DNA of 64,000 nucleotides from Candidatus Babeliales bacterium (GTDB lineage Bacteria; Babelota; Babeliae; Babelales; JBFXEV01): NCBI GenBank assembly GCA_050179755.1, contig JBFXEV010000001.1, positions 1,321,994 to 1,385,993 of the forward strand, read 5' to 3'. Shown piece by piece: positions 58,687 to 64,000 of this stretch (position 1 is its first letter; each line of letters starts with the position of its first letter). The notes under the pieces were generated by a model. It saw only the letters and a program-made list of their open reading frames with translations, ran no database searches and was not told where the DNA came from. The position numbers and the translations under genes were made by a program.

Positions 58687-59457
58687 ATGGCAACTAAAGC
58701 AAAAGCTGGAAGACGTGGAACTGCAAAAGCAGGCCAACGTTCTTTAATGGCTAAAATGGGCCTAGAAGATGAAGAAGAAGAAAACGGTTCTTCAACAGGC
58801 ACAAGAAAAAAACGCTCAACTGCAAAAAAAGCAGGAGCAAAACGTAAAACTGCTAAGCGTAAAACAACTAAAACCGCAGCAGCTAAACGTAAAACAGCTA
58901 AAGGCGCTACAGCTAAGCGTAAAACAACTAAGGGCGCTACAGCAAAACGTAAAACAGCTAAACGTAGCACTGCGAAAAAATCAGCTGCTAAAAAAGGAAC
59001 GGCTAAGCGTAAAACAGCTAAGCGTTCAACAGCTAAGCGTTCAACAGCTAAGCGTTCAACAGCTAAACGTTCAACAGCTAAACGTACTGCAAAACGTGGC
59101 GCAGCAAAACGCGCTGTTAAACGTACTGCAAAACGCGGTGTAGCAAAAAGAGCGGTTAAACGTACTGCAAAACGTGGCGCAGCAAAACGCGCTGTTAAAC
59201 GTGGCGCAGCAAAACGTGGCGTTAAACGAGCTGTTAAACGTGGCGTTGCAAAACGTGGCGTTAAACGAGCTGTTAAACGTGGCGTTGCAAAACGTGCTGT
59301 AAAACGCGGCGTTGCAAAACGTGGTGTTAAACGAGCTGTTAAACGTGGCGTTGCAAAACGCGCTGTTCGTCGTAAAGTAGCTAGAAATGCAGTATTGAGA
59401 AATGGTAAGCGCCGCATGGCTAAACGCCGTGTACGTCGCGCTAAGCTCAATGCATAA
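58687..59457 (+). CDS. Histone H1-like / Hc2-like basic repeat protein
   Basis: AAAAGGAG RBS; K/R/A/T-rich repeats KRKTA, KRSTA, KRGAA, KRAV, KRGV. Confidence 0.85.
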   Translation: MATKAKAGRRGTAKAGQRSLMAKMGLEDEEEENGSSTGTRKKRSTAKKAGAKRKTAKRKTTKTAAAKRKTAKGATAKRKTTKGATAKRKTAKRSTAKKSAAKKGTAKRKTAKRSTAKRSTAKRSTAKRSTAKRTAKRGAAKRAVKRTAKRGVAKRAVKRTAKRGAAKRAVKRGAAKRGVKRAVKRGVAKRGVKRAVKRGVAKRAVKRGVAKRGVKRAVKRGVAKRAVRRKVARNAVLRNGKRRMAKRRVRRAKLNA

Positions 59458-59479
59458 GTTGTAATCAACAACACCTTCT

Positions 59480-59522
59480 ATACAGAGGATATTGCCAAAG
59501 CGTAGTGTCCTCTGTATTATTT
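59480..59522 (+). terminator. Rho-independent terminator
   Basis: ATACAGAGGA...TCCTCTGTAT followed by TATTT. Confidence 0.7.
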
Positions 59523-59575
59523 CTACAATAAATTCTCATTTAAAATAATTTACAATCTAATTTTCTAAATTAACT

Positions 59576-59799
59576 TAGAAGTTCCACTGAATACTTACCG
59601 GATATATCACTGGTGCCGCTCCGCCCGGCGGCGCATGCCTTTTTTTGTGCAAAAAAAGGACGCAAAAAAGCACCAGCGTGCCGCTGGACCATTCCGCTCA
59701 ATCGCTGAGCGCTATACCTCACGTCGTTTCACGACGAGGTATGCACGCAGCGCGCATAAGAATTCCTCATAAAAATTAATTGGGAACCTGTTGATATCG
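59576..59799. mobile_element. Structured non-coding element, copy 3 (single arm, abutting the nth stop codon)
   Basis: TAGAAGTTCCACTGA-17nt-CACTGGTGCC...GCACGCAGCGCG...GTTGATATC, as in copy 2. Confidence 0.75.
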
Positions 59800-60495
59800 T
59801 TATCTGCTTTTTGTAACGCCAACTCTTTCGCACAGCGTAAACACCGCGCATTCTGAGCACTTAGGTGAAACCGGCACACATATATTCTGCCCCCACATAA
59901 CCATAAGCCGATTATACCGAATCCAATACTCTTGGGGCAAAAGCCCCCTCAAGGCCGCTTCTGTTTGTTCAGGGGTCTTTGTTTGAACCAACCCAAGACG
60001 ATTAGATATTCTATGCACATGCACGTCCACACAAATGGCTGGAATCCCAAACCCTTCGGCAAGCACCAAATTTGCTGTTTTAAGCCCAATTCCACGTATT
60101 GATAGCAACTCGGGTAAAGAATTAGGCACTTTGCCGCCAAATCGCTCTATTATGGCATGACTAACCTCATGCAAAAGCACAGCCTTACGGCGATAAAAAC
60201 CTACAGGGTAAATTAGATGTTCAATTTCGAGGGTACTAAGTTCTAGCAACTCGTGGGGAGTTACTGCTTGCTTGAAAAGTCTTAAAGATGCTGGCAAAGT
60301 CTCTGTATCTCTGGTCCGTAAGCTTAAAAGACAGCTTATAAGTACCAAAAACGGATCTCTGCCAAATTTTTGGACAATGGTGAAACTCATTGGGGGTGTC
60401 ATGCCCTTGGTGTGAGCTTCAAGAAGGCTGATAATCGCTACAGCTCTTTTTTGGAGCTCTGCAGGTGATTTTTTAATTTTTAGATTAATTGTCAC
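59800..60495 (-). CDS. nth: Endonuclease III
   Basis: [36 protein letters not shown]-x6-C-x2-C-x5-C Fe-S motif. Confidence 0.95.
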   Translation of the reverse strand: MTINLKIKKSPAELQKRAVAIISLLEAHTKGMTPPMSFTIVQKFGRDPFLVLISCLLSLRTRDTETLPASLRLFKQAVTPHELLELSTLEIEHLIYPVGFYRRKAVLLHEVSHAIIERFGGKVPNSLPELLSIRGIGLKTANLVLAEGFGIPAICVDVHVHRISNRLGLVQTKTPEQTEAALRGLLPQEYWIRYNRLMVMWGQNICVPVSPKCSECAVFTLCERVGVTKSR

Positions 60496-60751
60496 CCTCG
60501 TACGCCATGTTTATGCACCGCGTACCCATTGTCGCAAAGCCTGATCTATGCTATATTTATAGTTAATTAATTTAACTATGCATAGGGCGGCATGTCAGCA
60601 AGTATAGTTATTACAGATACTAATACTGAGAACAACTTTGCAATGTCAACTAATTTAGGCATAGTATACCCCCTAGTAAAGATAGATTTAATTAAACAAT
60701 ATTAATTACAGTAAAAAGTATAATAAGTCCGCTAAACAATAGCAAGAGATT

Positions 60752-63463
60752 ATGGGAAATTTAATTCAACTTCTTTATTCCTATGTTAATAATTGGTATT
60801 TCTTAGGTTGTGTTTCTGTCATTTCTCTTATCTTAAAAAGCATTTTTTTGCTTTTTGTTATCATTCGTGGATTAAAAACCAATAAAATTGAACGATCATG
60901 GATTTTATTGCTATTGATTTTCTCAGGCGCGATGATGACGGATGTGACTTGGATAATCTACACACTAAAAAATACAATTTTCCCAACCTTAGATGGTCAC
61001 TTAGCAATATTAGCCGTTAGAACATCATGGGCATTTTATCTTCTCCTCTATCATTCTTTAGGTTTATTCATCGAATCCTTAATAAATAATGATCATAAAA
61101 TAAATCGCCTACATAAAATATTGCTCATTATAAGCACAAGTTGCGTTTGCTACTTGCTCTATTTAGCAATTTTTCAATTCAATGAAATATCGGACGCCAA
61201 GCGTGAATTTGAGTTGAAATTTATTGGCTATATGACAATGTATCTGTTTTCTATCATTGGCGTAAGTTTATTTGTTGCCTTCAGAAATATTCGTTCGTAT
61301 AATTTACCAAAAATTCTAAAAAAGCAACTTAAAGTCCTCGTTTACGGAATTGTATTCCCATATATTGCTTCAGACTTTATACAAACATACCCCTTCAACG
61401 CAAGTCCGACGTTTATTGCAAATAACCTGGCAATTGTTGGTATTTCAACATCACTCCTTACTTATGCTTTATTTTATTGTGGCCGCAAGATGATGGGCTT
61501 ACGCTTCTTAAACTTCAGCACACACGTGCAAGCAAAACCACGATTAAGCTTTGTGAATGACTTTAAAAGCGTGCTTGAGCAATTCAGTCTTGTAAGCAGC
61601 CCCAAAGAGTTAGGGCACATTACGCAACAATTTTATAAAGATACGCTTCATATACCACCAAGCAGAACACAGCTCTATTTACGCAATGTAGATATGTATC
61701 GTGAAGATGAACGATTTGAAGTTACAGCAATCGAAAGTATTGTAGAAAACTTTATTAACCGGCATGAGAACACCAATTGCGGCGTAATACAATACTTGCG
61801 GCAAAAGAAAATTCTTATTTACGACGAAATAGCATTTAGTAACTTCTATGAAGAAGATATAAACCGTAATGAAATCCTGCAATTTTTAGAGCAAATTAAT
61901 GCAGACGTCTTTTTACCCGTGTATGAAAAAACCCGTATTATAGCCTACGTTATTGTGGAGCGTGATGCACGGCTTGAAAATTTCTATTCTGATGTTGAAC
62001 AAGATGAAATGCTTGTATTTGCAAGCTATTTAAGTAATATCATTAATCTGCAGCAAAATCAAAACCTAGCAGTGCTCACTGAACGCGAAAAAGACTTGCG
62101 TGAAGAGCTGTATCACAAGCACCAAGAAGTAAATCAATATAAAGAAAGTATCAGATCGTTTATACGTGCCACTGATCACCGCAAGATTGGCATTATATTT
62201 TATAAAAGCAGGCGCTTTGTGTTTGGCGATAAAGCAGCCAAAGATTTAATTGGCATTAATCCTCAAACTCAGGCCGGCCATCCGCTTGCATTAGCACTCA
62301 AAAATATTGCCCGCCAAGTAGAAGAATATAGAGCCCCGCAAACAAATATTGTGGATGATGGCAAAGGTAATAAGTTGGTACTTTCTGCAATACCAAGTTT
62401 GGAAAATAATAGTATTATCATTACCGTGTATTATCCTGAAATTGCCGACATTATTAAAAAGCAAATTGATCTCTTACGTAATCCAAGCGAGTGGGATTAT
62501 CTTCTTTATTTAGAAACCACCGAATCAGGTAAACTTATTAACCAATTGATCCCTGGCTCTGGTGAACAGCTATTAAACTTTAAAATTGAACTTTTAAAAA
62601 CAGCGCTCAGCAAAAAGGCATTATTGCTTGAAATGCCCGATGAAGACTTGCAGCCAACCGTTGAGATATTAAACCACATTAGTTTGCGCGAGCAGCTTCA
62701 TATACTCAAAATTCAAGCTCCTGAACAAAATCATGAGACAGCCATCAAGTTGTTTGGGATGAACCCATTATTTGCTGGCAACAATAAGCAACCAGCTTTG
62801 CTTGAAAAGCTTAATAACACTGGCACACTCTTTATTCAAAACATTCATTTATTAAGTTTAGAAACACAGCAATATCTTGCAGAATTTATTAAGTATGGCT
62901 ACTACCACATATTCCACAGCGATAAAAAAGTAAGTGCTAACGTGCGTATTATTTGCTCAACTGACCGTAATCTGCAAACGCTTGTGCAAGAAGGCACGTT
63001 CTTACGCGCACTCTTTAATGAACTGCGCTACACTACCCTTTCTATGCCTCCACTCTTTAAATTATCGCAAGAAGAATTAAGCGCACTTGCCGAAGGCTTT
63101 ACTGAACAAGCACTCCAAACCGAAACATTTAAAAATATTCTCCAATTGACCGACAAAGAAAAATCTAAGTTGATCGATCTTAAACCAGTCAGTTTATATG
63201 AATTAAAATCAAAAATTCAAAAGTTACTCGTTGAAAAATCAAAGAAAAATAATATTTATCAAGAAATTCAGTTTGATCCCGCTTACACAATAGACGATCC
63301 GTCTCTCATGGAAGCGGCTCGCCTTGGCAAAAAAGCACTCCAAGATCGCAGATTAATGTCACTCCTGTGGGATAAATTTAAGAATCAGAATCAGATTGCT
63401 TCGTTTTTGAACGTTAACCGTTCTTCAGTGAATCGCCGCTGCAAGGAATATAATTTAAATTAA
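60752..63463 (+). CDS. Multi-TM sensor fused to GAF-like region, degenerate sigma54-interaction AAA+ domain and C-terminal HTH
   Basis: About 7 N-terminal TM helices; GTLFIQNIHLL, NVRIICSTDRNL..LVQEG.F...LF..L, NQNQIASFLNVNRSSVNRR. Confidence 0.8.
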   Translation: MGNLIQLLYSYVNNWYFLGCVSVISLILKSIFLLFVIIRGLKTNKIERSWILLLLIFSGAMMTDVTWIIYTLKNTIFPTLDGHLAILAVRTSWAFYLLLYHSLGLFIESLINNDHKINRLHKILLIISTSCVCYLLYLAIFQFNEISDAKREFELKFIGYMTMYLFSIIGVSLFVAFRNIRSYNLPKILKKQLKVLVYGIVFPYIASDFIQTYPFNASPTFIANNLAIVGISTSLLTYALFYCGRKMMGLRFLNFSTHVQAKPRLSFVNDFKSVLEQFSLVSSPKELGHITQQFYKDTLHIPPSRTQLYLRNVDMYREDERFEVTAIESIVENFINRHENTNCGVIQYLRQKKILIYDEIAFSNFYEEDINRNEILQFLEQINADVFLPVYEKTRIIAYVIVERDARLENFYSDVEQDEMLVFASYLSNIINLQQNQNLAVLTEREKDLREELYHKHQEVNQYKESIRSFIRATDHRKIGIIFYKSRRFVFGDKAAKDLIGINPQTQAGHPLALALKNIARQVEEYRAPQTNIVDDGKGNKLVLSAIPSLENNSIIITVYYPEIADIIKKQIDLLRNPSEWDYLLYLETTESGKLINQLIPGSGEQLLNFKIELLKTALSKKALLLEMPDEDLQPTVEILNHISLREQLHILKIQAPEQNHETAIKLFGMNPLFAGNNKQPALLEKLNNTGTLFIQNIHLLSLETQQYLAEFIKYGYYHIFHSDKKVSANVRIICSTDRNLQTLVQEGTFLRALFNELRYTTLSMPPLFKLSQEELSALAEGFTEQALQTETFKNILQLTDKEKSKLIDLKPVSLYELKSKIQKLLVEKSKKNNIYQEIQFDPAYTIDDPSLMEAARLGKKALQDRRLMSLLWDKFKNQNQIASFLNVNRSSVNRRCKEYNLN

Positions 63464-64000
63464 GCTGCTTTTGAAAACATTTTCTTAAGTGCGCCATTAT
63501 ACGCATGCCGTTGCACTCGTCGCTGCACCTGTGTAAAATCAACCCGTTCAAGAGCATCAACGGCAACTGCAATGCTCGTAACTGCCAATTCTTGCTCAAG
63601 TAAAGCAACTGCTTTCTCAACATCCGCAACCACGTGCTCATCAGAATCACTATGTTGCAATTTACCAGCATCATCGCAATATCTTACCAAAAGCGAATTG
63701 ATTAATTCTTGCATATATTTGCAAAGTGGCCCCGCCACACGAAGATCACCAAGTTCAAGACGAGCAAAAATACGCACTGTCTTTTCTTTATGATTAATAG
63801 CACGCAATACTGTGCATGCATGCTCCAAATGTTGTTTGTATGCTGTAGCCAATTTCTCATGCTCATCATTTTCATGCTGGGCATCATTTAAAGAAGGCTT
63901 GCTCACGCGAGATTCTTGAGAAACTTGAGGAACGTGCACGTGAGCAATCTGCTTCATATGATCTTTAAGATCAAGAGCGGCTGAATTTTCAGCTACCTCT
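63460..64000 (-). CDS. Hypothetical protein, probably 5'-truncated by the window edge
   Basis: Frame stays open upstream of the track ATG to the window end (EVAENSAALDLKDHM...). Confidence 0.6.
   Translation of the reverse strand, partial: EVAENSAALDLKDHMKQIAHVHVPQVSQESRVSKPSLNDAQHENDEHEKLATAYKQHLEHACTVLRAINHKEKTVRIFARLELGDLRVAGPLCKYMQELINSLLVRYCDDAGKLQHSDSDEHVVADVEKAVALLEQELAVTSIAVAVDALERVDFTQVQRRVQRHAYNGALKKMFSKAA

Noticed and set aside
58590..59474. 294-aa antisense ORF and 124-aa alternative-frame ORF over the histone-like gene
   Set aside because: Stop-free by-products of the repeat codons; RBS, promoter and terminator support only the K/R-rich plus frame.

Overview
AT-rich bacterial chromosomal segment in standard genetic code. 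The gene content and style suggest a reduced-genome protist endoparasite, most likely Candidatus Dependentiae/Babelota (TM6); this assignment is inference. The backbone is housekeeping: spoVG, rsmH, murF, ftsK, uppP, acpP, gltX, rpmF, dprA, gyrA, lepA, grpE, ssb, pgsA, mnmA, argS, tsf, frr, tig, trxB, rpmH-rnpA-yidD, PhoH2, thrS, nth and 3 tRNAs. Accessory content is interleaved with it: (1) a dispersed structured non-coding element with covarying stems and an exactly 17-nt variable segment, present as 4 arms; (2) four tandem secreted proteins carrying six C2H2-like Zn fingers; (3) about 12 orphan secreted proteins whose signal peptide ends just before an internal Met; (4) a 1.9-kb toxin/immunity-like islet bounded by a duplicated, synonymous-variant trxB 3' end; (5) four tandem paralogous beta-barrel genes followed by a Cys-rich exported protein, plus an Hc2-like basic repeat protein, together resembling a Chlamydia elementary-body toolkit; (6) a FabD lacking its catalytic Ser; (7) nested REP-like repeats. 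No CRISPR array, rRNA, integrase or transposase was seen.
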